The translations under genes were made by a program, and so were the position numbers. Shown piece by piece: positions 18,369-27,775 of a stretch of DNA of 36,178 nt. The stretch comes from a bacterium (GTDB lineage Bacteria > UBA9089 > CG2-30-40-21 > SBAY01). The notes beneath the pieces were generated by a model. The model had not been told where the DNA came from and searched no databases. It was given only the letters and a program-made list of their open reading frames with translations. The number at the start of each line of letters is the position of its first letter. Within the stretch, counting starts at the first letter, position 1. The stretch covers positions 1-36,178 of the forward strand of contig JBFLYA010000009.1 of the NCBI GenBank assembly GCA_040757115.1, written 5' to 3'.

Positions 18369-19417
18369 CGGATATATTACTTAAAATAGAAGACCTTAAG
18401 AGTTATGCTGAGGAAAATCGAGGGTTTTTAAGGATTGTAGATGGTATCTCATTCGAGGTTAAAAAGGATGAAGTCGTAGCCTTGTTTGGTGAATGCGGTT
18501 CTGGAAAGACTACGGTAGCATATTCTATTATGGGGGCAGTCAGATATATGCCAGGGATTATAGCTGGTAAAATCGAGTTTAAAGGGAATGGAGATTTACT
18601 TGAAAAATTGAGGATAATGTGCCAGATAAAAAGAGACGACAATGGAAGGTTAGAAATAAAAAAGGATGTCAGAAAATGGAATAAGATATATGAGAAAAAA
18701 ATGAGAGAAGTAAGAGGTAAAGGGCTATTTTTAGTTATGCAAGGGGCTAAATCCAGCCTTAACCCATTCTGGAAAGTAAAAGACCAGGGGGCATATATAA
18801 CTAAGAATAGAAATATAGATTCTATATTCAAAGAACTGGAGTTAGGAGATAAGATGGCTCGCTTTCCCCATCAATTAAGTGGTGGAGAATGTCAACGAGC
18901 ACTTTTGGCTATGGGACTTGCTTCAGGGGCTGAATTACTCATTGTTGATGAACCAACCGTAGGCATTGACGACCACCTAAAGGATGAGATTATAAACTTG
19001 CTGAAGGACTATAAAGAAGGTAAAGGGAGCTTTAAGAAAACTACTTCCAAACATTCACTTTTGCTTATCACTCATGATTTCAAGGTAATAGAAGAACTGG
19101 CAGATAGAATAGTGGTTATATGTAGTGGGAGAGTGGTAGAAAGTGGAAATAAAGACGAAATTGCAAATAATCCAAAACACCCTTATACTAAAATGCTCAT
19201 CGAGAGCTTCAAAACTAAGGATGAAAAAGGTAAACCACTACCTCTCTTATCTGTAAGTGAAGGTGATATTCCTCATCTTGACAGAGAATATAAAGGGTGC
19301 AGATTTTACAGTCGATGTGAAGTTAAGCAAGATAAATGCTCTTCAGAAGAACCAGAGATGGTAGAGTATGGAACTCATGCTATAAGATGCTGGCAAGTGA
19401 GAAAGACCAATGATTAG
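18365..19417 (+). CDS. ABC ATPase (OppD/DppD-like) with HPY/Cys-rich C-terminal domain
   Basis: GECGSGKT, FPHQLSGGECQR, IVDEPT, ITHD, HPYTKMLI, GCRFYSRC. Confidence 0.92.
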   Translation: MTDILLKIEDLKSYAEENRGFLRIVDGISFEVKKDEVVALFGECGSGKTTVAYSIMGAVRYMPGIIAGKIEFKGNGDLLEKLRIMCQIKRDDNGRLEIKKDVRKWNKIYEKKMREVRGKGLFLVMQGAKSSLNPFWKVKDQGAYITKNRNIDSIFKELELGDKMARFPHQLSGGECQRALLAMGLASGAELLIVDEPTVGIDDHLKDEIINLLKDYKEGKGSFKKTTSKHSLLLITHDFKVIEELADRIVVICSGRVVESGNKDEIANNPKHPYTKMLIESFKTKDEKGKPLPLLSVSEGDIPHLDREYKGCRFYSRCEVKQDKCSSEEPEMVEYGTHAIRCWQVRKTND

Positions 19418-20087
19418 ACTTAAGAATATTACCAAGAGATTTAAAGATAATTGTGGAGGCAATATTTGCCCAATAGATAATGTTTCCTTTTCTATTGATA
19501 GGGGAAAGTTTTTCGGGCTTATGGGGAAAAGTGGGGCAGGAAAAACAACCATTGGAAAGATTATCCTTGGGTTATATACTCCTGATAAAGGAGAGGTATG
19601 GATTGACGGTGAAGATATAACTAAATTTTCAGATAACCAGAGACATAAATATCGTAAAGAAATAGGTCTTGCTATGGTTTTTCAGCATCCAGATACATCA
19701 CTTAATCCCGGAATGACTGTGAGAAAGAGTATAGAGGAAATAATAAGATGTAACTTGAAGAGAGGAGTTAGCTTTAAAGAGATAGAAGGTTATTTTGATG
19801 AGGTAAATCTATCCAGAGAAAAACTTGATTTGTATCCTGATAAGCTAAGTGGTGGTGAGAAACGACGGGTAGCCTTGATTCAAACATTGGCAATCAAACC
19901 CAAAATACTTATCGCTGATGAGCTATTTTCTGGCGTAGATAGTATGGTCCGAAATGCTATGGCAAATCTATTGAAAAGAATGCAACAAGAAGAAGGACTT
20001 ACCTTAATACTTATCTCACATGATAGGGACATGGTAGAGTATTTGTGTGAGGATAATTATTTAGAATTGGAAGGTAGCTGTAGATGA
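19410..20087 (+). CDS. ABC ATPase (OppF/NikE-like, short form)
   Basis: GKSGAGKT, VFQHPDTSLNP, LSGGEKRR, IADE, ISHD. Confidence 0.9.
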   Translation: MIRLKNITKRFKDNCGGNICPIDNVSFSIDRGKFFGLMGKSGAGKTTIGKIILGLYTPDKGEVWIDGEDITKFSDNQRHKYRKEIGLAMVFQHPDTSLNPGMTVRKSIEEIIRCNLKRGVSFKEIEGYFDEVNLSREKLDLYPDKLSGGEKRRVALIQTLAIKPKILIADELFSGVDSMVRNAMANLLKRMQQEEGLTLILISHDRDMVEYLCEDNYLELEGSCR

Positions 20088-21373
20088 AAAGATACTTGAT
20101 AGTAATTACTGTTATCTTATTGGGAATGAATAATTATGGATTTTGTGGTGAGTTGTACAAGGAAGGGAAAGAAAAATTAGAAAAAGGCATAATTAATCTG
20201 GAGATGTTTAAACAAGCAGTTTCTTTTGCGTTTCAAAATAAAAAAATAGGTAAGATTAGAAATTGCATAAAGGACATCAAAGATACAGAAAGATTTTCAG
20301 CTTTCTTAGCACTTTCTGGTAACAGTGGTTATCCCTATAGTACTTCCATCAATACTTACTGGATAACTATCGGTCAAGTCTTAAATGAAGCGAAGGAATA
20401 TTTTGGAACGATAGCTCCTGAATCTGTAAATGCCTGCTTATATAAGGCAATTGCTTGTGTCAAGATGGGAGATTATCAAGAAGCATTACATCCATTTAAA
20501 AAAGTTATAACCGCTATGACAAATGGAAATTGTATTATTGAACCTTACTGGAAAATAAAGATAGATGAGTATAAGGATTCTTCATTCAAAAAAAAGTATA
20601 TGTATAAACAAAACTATATGATAGATGCAGTCCAGGAGTTATTTTATGAGATGGCTGATAAAGTAATGAATAGGGAATTGGATATGGGAGGCGAAAAAAG
20701 CTATGATGAATGGGCAAAGATGATAATTAATGTGTTTATGGATTACAGGGAAAGCTGGCTACAAGAAAAAAGACAGACACAAGATATAATTAGCAAAAGG
20801 CTCGATAACAGTTTTGAACTGGTAGATTTCTACATTAGACATCATAAATGTAACGAGGCTAAAAAAGAACTTGGGGAAGTAAAAAAGAAACTAACAGGAA
20901 TAGGGATAGATACTACAAACACAATTCCTACCAAAGAAAAAGAGATAGCAAGATTACAAGAAATTTCAGTAGTAATGAGTGAAGAATTAGTAAAAGAAGT
21001 TAACGGAAAGGTAAAAATAAGATTCTGGAATGATGAAAATTGGTTTAAACCTGAATACTTAGATCTTTCGTTTCTCCCGAAAGGATGTTATCTTAACTTT
21101 AAACCCGACTATTCTTATGAATGTCCTGATATGGGTGGCACACAGACCATTTATCTTAACACCCAGACGACAAAGCCTACTTGTGAAATATTCTCTCAGT
21201 CGCCCATCAAGGTTATGGTAGATGGTAAATCTTATCCCTCTAAAGATGGTACCGTTACTATCTCTCATTTTACTGGAAAAGAAATAGAGATTATCGAGGC
21301 AACTATGAATGTTATCAAGTTGATTACCTATGTTGAAACAGGGATAGGAATTATATGGTTCTTTATAAAATAA
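20084..21373 (+). CDS. Secreted TPR-containing hypothetical protein with hydrophobic C-terminus
   Basis: Signal peptide; LYKAIACVKMGDYQEALHPF; terminal VETGIGIIWFFIK. Confidence 0.7.
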   Translation: MKRYLIVITVILLGMNNYGFCGELYKEGKEKLEKGIINLEMFKQAVSFAFQNKKIGKIRNCIKDIKDTERFSAFLALSGNSGYPYSTSINTYWITIGQVLNEAKEYFGTIAPESVNACLYKAIACVKMGDYQEALHPFKKVITAMTNGNCIIEPYWKIKIDEYKDSSFKKKYMYKQNYMIDAVQELFYEMADKVMNRELDMGGEKSYDEWAKMIINVFMDYRESWLQEKRQTQDIISKRLDNSFELVDFYIRHHKCNEAKKELGEVKKKLTGIGIDTTNTIPTKEKEIARLQEISVVMSEELVKEVNGKVKIRFWNDENWFKPEYLDLSFLPKGCYLNFKPDYSYECPDMGGTQTIYLNTQTTKPTCEIFSQSPIKVMVDGKSYPSKDGTVTISHFTGKEIEIIEATMNVIKLITYVETGIGIIWFFIK

Positions 21374-21381
21374 AAGGAGAA

Positions 21382-21735
21382 ACGCTCATGCCCCTGCAGG
21401 GCACAAAGGGGGGATGAAAATGGTAGCCGCAGGCTTATTGCTTTTTCATAAATAGGTTCCTCTTTTGGGGAGAGCGATAGCAAGAAGAACTTTAATGTAA
21501 ATATCAAAATGCAAATATCAAAATTACAATGCAAAATGCAAAAATACTTGTAAATTAACAAAGTAGCTGGAGAATATTTTGATTTTTGATTTGTAATTTT
21601 ACATTTTGATGTTTGATTTTTAATTTATTTTATGGTATTCCAGAAAAGTGGAAGTTAATTTTGCAAAAACCATTAGCCTGCGTAGGTTGAAACGCAGACT
21701 AAAGTCTGCGACTACCAGCCTTACAGGCTATTTAC
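21382..21735 (+). mobile_element. Nested element: AGGAGAA-flanked element > REP doublet > REP-loop insertion > heptamer palindrome
   Basis: AGGAGAA at 21375-21381 and 21736-21742; REP-like GGTAGCCGCAGGCTT|TAGCCTGCG...CGCAGACTAAAGTCTGCGACTACC (21422-21716); insertion at 21437-21673. Confidence 0.85.
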
Positions 21736-21746
21736 AGGAGAACGAG

Positions 21747-24029
21747 ATGAAATGTAAGAAGTTTAAGATTTTATTGTTAACTATAATTGTCCTTCTTTTG
21801 AAGGCAACTGTGGGATTTTCAGCGTTGGATATCGATGTTATTTCACCTGATGGGGGAGAGGTATGGTCAGGAGGAACATATAAGGAGATAATCTGGAAAA
21901 TATCCGATGGGACACCTACTTATACAATTGAATTGAAATATTCTACAGATGGGGGTAATTCATTCCCTTATGATATAGGGACCACTACCCAAACCGCAAT
22001 TGGAACAGGAACATATAACTGGTTAGTGCCAACCTCTGATTTAACAAATGTGAAGATAATGGTGATGGCTACCGATAGTGCTACACCTACCCCTAATATA
22101 GGTACTACTACATCTCAAGGAACATTTACTATTGATGCCACACCACCAAATGTTCTCTTAAATCTCTATATCCCAGACCCAACTGATGATAATACACCTA
22201 CTTATACCGGAACAGTTACTGATAGCACAACAAAGGTTGTAGATATAGAGTATAAGGTTGATAGTGGAGGTTGGACAGATGTTGACTCATTTATTCCAGC
22301 CGCTACTGCTGCCTTTACCTTTACTACCTCTTCATTATCTGATGGACCGCATACCATCACTGTCAGGGCAAAGGATGAGGCAGGGAACTGGGGGACTTCG
22401 ACTCCAGATACATTGGTGGTTGATACCACAGGACCAATTTCCCAAGTTAATGCTATTACCCCATACTGGCATAATATTGGAACTTTTACTCTCTATTATG
22501 GTGCCAGTGATAATTTAGGACTTGGTTCAATAACGCTCTGGTATAGATATCGTGTGAGTCTTACAACTCCATGGACAGATTGGTCATCCTTTACTACCAG
22601 GTATATATCTGGGACATCTGCCATAGGGAATTTCTCCTTTACCCATCCAGAGCAAGAGGGCTACTATGACTTCTATACAATAGCAGATGATTCTGCTGGC
22701 AATAAGGAATTAGTTCCGCCAACTAAAGATGCAGAGGCAGGTTATGATAAAACACCACCCACCATCCCCTCAAATACATTATTGAGACCAAATGGAGGAG
22801 AGTTATTCATGGGAAATTCTATACAAGAGATACGGTGGAATAATGAAATAATTGGAGATACTCTAAGTGGATTAGGTACATATTCAATAAATTTAAAGTA
22901 TAGCACTGATGGTGGAATGTCATATCCAGAGACAATAACAATGGTTAGCTTACCAAAAGGTAATGGTATAGGAACATATTGTTGGACAGTTCCTATGATT
23001 GAGTGTGACAATGTAAAGGTAGCGATAATAGTAACAGATAATGCAGGCAATCCCGGGACAGATACAAGTAATGGGACATTCGTGATAAGTAGTATTGCTC
23101 CCACATTAAAAATAGATGTTCCTAATGGAGGTGAAAACTGGAGAGGTGGAACAAATCAGATTATAAAATGGTCAACAACAGGAAGTGGTATAAACCATCT
23201 GAAAATATGGTATTCTACAAATGGTGGGGGAACATATACTCAAATTAATGGTACTCTTTCTAATATAGGCACATATAGTTGGACATGCCCAACTATTGAT
23301 TCAAATCAAGTGAAAATAAAGATAACAATATACGATATTGAAGATAAAGAGTTATCAACAGATGAAAGTGATAATAACTTCATTATAGATAGTACTTCAC
23401 CCACTATTGAAAATCTTCGACCGAGTAACGAAATTGTTAATGACCTGCCTGTAATCTCTGCCTGGTTAAGAGATATAGGGGCAATAGCAAATAGCGGGAT
23501 AGGGTCAATTACTGTCTGGATTGATAACTCTGAGACTAACATTAGAATGATAAACTTTGATTCAAATAAATCTCAGAAAACTTTTGAAGGTAATAATCTT
23601 ACTGCTACTCTAAAAAATCCTTTATCTGCGGGTTTGCATGAAGTTAAAGTATGGGTATGTGATAAGGCAGGTAATTCAGCCGCCACAGCAAGCACTACCT
23701 TTACCGTTTCTAACGAACCGGGTATCATTGACCTGATAAACTATCCAAATCCTTTTTCAACCGATGAAAAGACCATTATTAAATATACTCTTGGACGAGA
23801 TTCCAGAGTAACTATTAACATCTATGATATTTCTTTAGAATGGATGATCAGTCTAATTGAAGATGCTGATAGAACAACAGGAACACATAAAGAAAACTGG
23901 TATGGGCAAAACGCCATTGGCGAAAAATTGCCTAATGGTGTTTATATTTGTGAATTGATAGTTAAAGAGAAAAATGCAGGTACGGAACACAAAAAATATC
24001 ATAAGATAGCAATATATACTTCGAAATAA
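21747..24029 (+). CDS. Secreted Ig-like repeat protein with C-terminal T9SS-CTD/FlgD-Ig-like domain
   Basis: Repeated (S/R/V)P(D/N)GGE...W...YST(D/N)GG and D.AGN modules; C-terminal NYPNPF...IKYTL...VTINIYD...WYGQN..GEKLPNGVYI; start moved to ATG 21747 (RBS AGGAGA). Confidence 0.85.
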   Translation: MKCKKFKILLLTIIVLLLKATVGFSALDIDVISPDGGEVWSGGTYKEIIWKISDGTPTYTIELKYSTDGGNSFPYDIGTTTQTAIGTGTYNWLVPTSDLTNVKIMVMATDSATPTPNIGTTTSQGTFTIDATPPNVLLNLYIPDPTDDNTPTYTGTVTDSTTKVVDIEYKVDSGGWTDVDSFIPAATAAFTFTTSSLSDGPHTITVRAKDEAGNWGTSTPDTLVVDTTGPISQVNAITPYWHNIGTFTLYYGASDNLGLGSITLWYRYRVSLTTPWTDWSSFTTRYISGTSAIGNFSFTHPEQEGYYDFYTIADDSAGNKELVPPTKDAEAGYDKTPPTIPSNTLLRPNGGELFMGNSIQEIRWNNEIIGDTLSGLGTYSINLKYSTDGGMSYPETITMVSLPKGNGIGTYCWTVPMIECDNVKVAIIVTDNAGNPGTDTSNGTFVISSIAPTLKIDVPNGGENWRGGTNQIIKWSTTGSGINHLKIWYSTNGGGTYTQINGTLSNIGTYSWTCPTIDSNQVKIKITIYDIEDKELSTDESDNNFIIDSTSPTIENLRPSNEIVNDLPVISAWLRDIGAIANSGIGSITVWIDNSETNIRMINFDSNKSQKTFEGNNLTATLKNPLSAGLHEVKVWVCDKAGNSAATASTTFTVSNEPGIIDLINYPNPFSTDEKTIIKYTLGRDSRVTINIYDISLEWMISLIEDADRTTGTHKENWYGQNAIGEKLPNGVYICELIVKEKNAGTEHKKYHKIAIYTSK

Positions 24030-24032
24030 GGA

Positions 24033-25037
24033 GTGAGGGTTATGAAAAGAAGAAGTTATATCCTGTTAATAATATTGGTGGTCGGGCTGTATCATTGTGA
24101 AGTAAGAGCGGATAATAAAGGTCCAGGAGATACATACACCTTTCTAAAACTTGCGGGTGGTGCCAAAGCTATGAGTATGGGTAATGCCTATGTGGCTATG
24201 GCTGATGATGCGTCAGCTACATATTGGAATCCTGCAGGATTGGCACTTTTGGAGAATAGAGAAATAATCTTTATGGACAGGAGTTCGGCAATAAAAGAAG
24301 TGGGAGAGCAACATCAATATATAGGTGTTGTCTTACCTTACAAAGGATATGACTTTGGGTTCAGTTATATTAATCTTGGGGTTGATGAGATTGAGAAGAC
24401 ATCTATTAATAATTATGATGAACCAATTATTCTCGGTAAATTCAAAGATAAGGAAACAGCTTACATTTTCTCTATTGGTGGATTGGAACCAATCAAAGAA
24501 TTATATTTGGGGGCAAATTATAAATATATTTCTCATAGATTAGCTGGATATGAAGGTAAAGGTATGGGATTGGATGTAGGTTCCTTAATAAACCTATCTG
24601 AAGCATGGGATTGGGAAGGAATATTTGAGGATGTAAAACTTGGAGTTGTTTTTAGATATATGACTGATAAAAAATGGGATTCTGGGCATAAAGACTCAGG
24701 ATATCTGGAAACAGAAATGGGACTGGCATGGATACCAATCTCTACTGAAGATATAAAAAAATGGACTATTGCTATGAGTGGAAAGCGACAATTGAAAAAT
24801 AAAACAGTTAAACTATCGGTAGGAACAGAGCTACAATATAAAATATTAGCACTACGATGTGGTGTTGATAACTGGTATTTAGGAAGTCGGTACGGATTAG
24901 ATAGAAAAAAATTAAACTATGCCAGAAAAGTTACTTTAGGAATAGGGCTAAAAATCAAAAAATTTAATTTTGATTATGCTCTCACTCCAAAATGGTTTGG
25001 AAATGATACTCAGATATCGGTAGGATGGAAATTTTAA
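24033..25037 (+). CDS. PorV/PorQ-family outer-membrane beta-barrel
   Basis: FLKLAGGAKAMSMGNAYVAMADDASATYWNPAGLA N-terminal signature; FDYA; terminal ISVGWKF. Confidence 0.88.
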   Translation: MRVMKRRSYILLIILVVGLYHCEVRADNKGPGDTYTFLKLAGGAKAMSMGNAYVAMADDASATYWNPAGLALLENREIIFMDRSSAIKEVGEQHQYIGVVLPYKGYDFGFSYINLGVDEIEKTSINNYDEPIILGKFKDKETAYIFSIGGLEPIKELYLGANYKYISHRLAGYEGKGMGLDVGSLINLSEAWDWEGIFEDVKLGVVFRYMTDKKWDSGHKDSGYLETEMGLAWIPISTEDIKKWTIAMSGKRQLKNKTVKLSVGTELQYKILALRCGVDNWYLGSRYGLDRKKLNYARKVTLGIGLKIKKFNFDYALTPKWFGNDTQISVGWKF

Positions 25038-25280
25038 CTAATTCATTCCAGAACACCAATCCTTTCTCCTTCCTCACCTCTATGATTATTTGGTTTGCTA
25101 ATCCGCTCAACCCATTCATAATGTTCCAAATTGTAAACGGTCTCCCTATGCAGAATAAAAAAATACAAAAGAGGGTATTGAAAAAGTCTTCACACCCAAC
25201 AAGGGATTAAAACTAATAAGTAATTATTCCTTGACAATTTCTCATCTACTCTCACCTAAGAATTTTTTAATTTTTCCCCC

Positions 25281-25309
25281 TTGACAAAATTGATGATTTG
25301 TGCTATACA
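25281..25309 (+). promoter_or_regulatory. Sigma70-type promoter
   Basis: TTGACA-17 bp-TATACA with TG extension. Confidence 0.55.
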
Positions 25310-25481
25310 CATAATGTTATGATTTCAAGTAGAGAGATAAATAAACTCGTTTCCAAAAGATAATACTGGAAAAAGAAACTTATCCAGGTTATTGATTAAA
25401 AATGCAAATCCTGGCCTGTCCTGAATCGAGTTCAGCACAGTCAGGAATTGAGCGTTGATTTATCGTAAGCGTAAGGTGAAT

Positions 25482-26063
25482 ATGATGAGTTTACGCCAGA
25501 AACTGATTAATATCATCTATAGAATTGCAACTGGCAACAAAAAAGTTAAAATTCTTCTTACTCCCATAGGACCAATTTTCGTTTTTACCCTGATAGGAGT
25601 ACTTATTATCATTTCACTCCAAATGGATAAATTTTTAAAGCTTCCTAAACTTCTTCCTGCATCATTAAATATCATCGTATCTGCACCTATTCTGGCTATT
25701 GGATTGTTTTTAATGGTTTGGTCAAACCTTCATTTTCTTAAAGCGAAAGGAACCCCTGTACCTCTTAACCCACCACCTAAATTAGTTACTACAGGACCTT
25801 ATGCCTATGTTAGAAATCCTATGGTTACTGGTGGGTTTATTATATTATTTGGACTTGGTATTTTACTTAATTCAGTTTCTCTTACCTTTATATTCACTCC
25901 GATTCTTATCCTCTTGGCTGTGCTTGAGTTAAAGATAATTGAAGAACCAGAATTAGAGAAGCGTCTGGGTAAAGAATACATTGAATATAAGAAAAGGATA
26001 CCTATGTTTATACCAGAAGCTTCATTGCCATTATGGAAGAGGGGAGATGAAAAAAACTTATGA
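25482..26063 (+). CDS. Isoprenylcysteine carboxylmethyltransferase/PEMT-family membrane protein
   Basis: GTPVPLNPPPKLVTTGPYAYVRNPM, EEPELEKRLGKEYIEYKKRIPMFIP; start moved to ATG 25482. Confidence 0.9.
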   Translation: MMSLRQKLINIIYRIATGNKKVKILLTPIGPIFVFTLIGVLIIISLQMDKFLKLPKLLPASLNIIVSAPILAIGLFLMVWSNLHFLKAKGTPVPLNPPPKLVTTGPYAYVRNPMVTGGFIILFGLGILLNSVSLTFIFTPILILLAVLELKIIEEPELEKRLGKEYIEYKKRIPMFIPEASLPLWKRGDEKNL

Positions 26064-26089
26064 TATAAAGGTTGTTATCGTATATTTTC

Positions 26090-26119
26090 TTGACTTTTTA
26101 TATGATAGTATCGTATAAT
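26090..26119 (+). promoter_or_regulatory. Sigma70-type promoter
   Basis: TTGACT-18 bp-TATAAT upstream of ATG 26141. Confidence 0.5.
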
Positions 26120-26140
26120 ATTAGAGGGGATAATCGCAAC

Positions 26141-27316
26141 ATGGTGATGGAAGATATTTTATATCGTTATAATCCCTGGTGGGAAGACAAATATGTTTTA
26201 GAGGGTATTATTGAAAGAACAACCCTTTTAGAATTGATGGAAAAATATTTTTCTTTGCCCCAAATTGTTTTTTTAACCGGCTTAAGAAGAATAGGGAAAA
26301 CCACACTTTTAAAACTTTTTATTAGATACTTGATAGATAAGGAAGATATTGACCCCAAAAGGATTTTCTATATGAGTATGGATGATTACCTGCTTGCCAA
26401 AAAGAGCATTTTGGAAATGGTTGAGGAGTTTCGGGGTATTCACAAAATATCTTTTAAAGAGAAGATTTTTTTATTTTTTGATGAGATTACCTACAAAGAC
26501 AATTTTGAATTACAACTTAAAAACCTTTACGATAGCCACAATGTTAAAATATATGTTTCCTCTTCTTCTGCCTCAGTTTTTAAAAGCAAAAAGGCATATT
26601 TAACTGGCAGAAATATGATTATTGAAGCCCTACCACTTGATTTTAAAGAATATTTACAATTCAGGGGAATAAACATTAGTAAGGCTGATGAGCAGTTAGT
26701 AAGGAGGCATTTTGAGGATTATTTAGGCACAGGCGGCCTACCAGAGTATGTGTTGCATGGGGATATGGACTATTTAAGAGAGCTTGTAGATGATATTATT
26801 TATAAGGATATAACTGCTTTTTATGGGATTAAAAATCCAAATATCCTTAAGGAATTCTTTGTTTTACTAATGGAGCGGGTAGGAAAACAGGTAAGCATTA
26901 ATAAAATGGCTAATATTCTTAATATCTCTCCCGATACTGCAAAAAGATACCTCGTGATGTTTCAAGACACCTATCTTATTTACCTTGTCAGTCGCTGTGG
27001 TAAGACAAATGAAAGGATATTATCCCCCAAAAAGGTTTACGCTTCAGATTTAGGAATTAAAACATTGTTTAGCGGCCTTAGGGATAAAGGCAGTTTGTTT
27101 GAGAATTATGTCTATTTAAAGATTAAGCATTGTAATCCTTGCTATGTCTATGAAAAAGCCACAGAGATAGACTTTTTAACACAGAACAATACATTGATTG
27201 AGGTAAAGTATGGTAGTGAAATGACTGATAAACAATTAAATCTCTTCAATATATTTAAGGCAGATAAAAAAGTAGTGATAAGGGATGTCCAGGATGTAGA
27301 AAAATTTCTGCAATAA
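26141..27316 (+). CDS. AAA_14 ATPase with DUF4143 domain
   Basis: NPWW, GLRRIGKT, FFDEI, LTGR, GGLPE, KKVYASDLG, FENYV, EIDF..IEVK. Confidence 0.9.
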   Translation: MVMEDILYRYNPWWEDKYVLEGIIERTTLLELMEKYFSLPQIVFLTGLRRIGKTTLLKLFIRYLIDKEDIDPKRIFYMSMDDYLLAKKSILEMVEEFRGIHKISFKEKIFLFFDEITYKDNFELQLKNLYDSHNVKIYVSSSSASVFKSKKAYLTGRNMIIEALPLDFKEYLQFRGINISKADEQLVRRHFEDYLGTGGLPEYVLHGDMDYLRELVDDIIYKDITAFYGIKNPNILKEFFVLLMERVGKQVSINKMANILNISPDTAKRYLVMFQDTYLIYLVSRCGKTNERILSPKKVYASDLGIKTLFSGLRDKGSLFENYVYLKIKHCNPCYVYEKATEIDFLTQNNTLIEVKYGSEMTDKQLNLFNIFKADKKVVIRDVQDVEKFLQ

Positions 27317-27400
27317 ATTGTAGAGATTGAAAAGGGAAATTTCCTGACCATAGAAGGAAAGGGAGCTCCTGGTAGTAATGAATTTCAATCTATGCTACTT
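27317..27400 (+). pseudogene. Fragment resembling a GyrI-like domain protein N-terminus
   Basis: IVEIEKGNFLTIEGKGAPGSNEFQS with no start codon, followed by a TIR-like end GTAATCGTTCAG at 27429. Confidence 0.4.
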
Positions 27401-27514
27401 CAGGAAAAGTCGCTGACGAAAAATGGAGGTAATCGTTCAGTCCTTACTTGATTAGATGAGGGAGGGTGCGGGTTGGCCAGCACGATAGGTTTTGCACAGC
27501 CTTCAAAAAAATGC

Positions 27515-27543
27515 TTGACAAAAGAGCTGGTTCTAATTAAAAT
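27515..27543 (+). promoter_or_regulatory. Sigma70-type promoter with no adjacent ORF
   Basis: TTGACA-17 bp-TAAAAT. Confidence 0.55.
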
Positions 27544-27614
27544 AATAATTATTATAACTATTTATCCAAATGAAATGTAGGCTCGGTTCTCAACATAAAA
27601 AATAGGATTTTCAT

Positions 27615-27742
27615 TGGTGAACGGTAATGCTCGGAGATTAAGTATCGGTTCCAGGTCTATGTTCCGAAGCGTCAAATCTTGCCAAAGGCAGTAATACGGA
27701 TTATCCGTAGCGCTCTGACCTGTTTTAGCGTGCCGTTCACCA
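27615..27742. ncRNA. Candidate structured RNA or attC-like multibranch element
   Basis: Nested stems TGGTGAACGGTA/TGCCGTTCACCA, CAGGTC/GACCTG, AGCG/CGCT and hairpins TGCC-AAA-GGCA and TACGGA-TTA-TCCGTA. Confidence 0.35.
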
Positions 27743-27775
27743 TTTTTACTACATTCACAGAAATCTCAAAGAATA

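Noticed and set aside
25408-25450. Hairpin as an intrinsic terminator
   Set aside because: No U-tract and it lies between a promoter and a gene; more likely another small palindromic insertion, single copy here.
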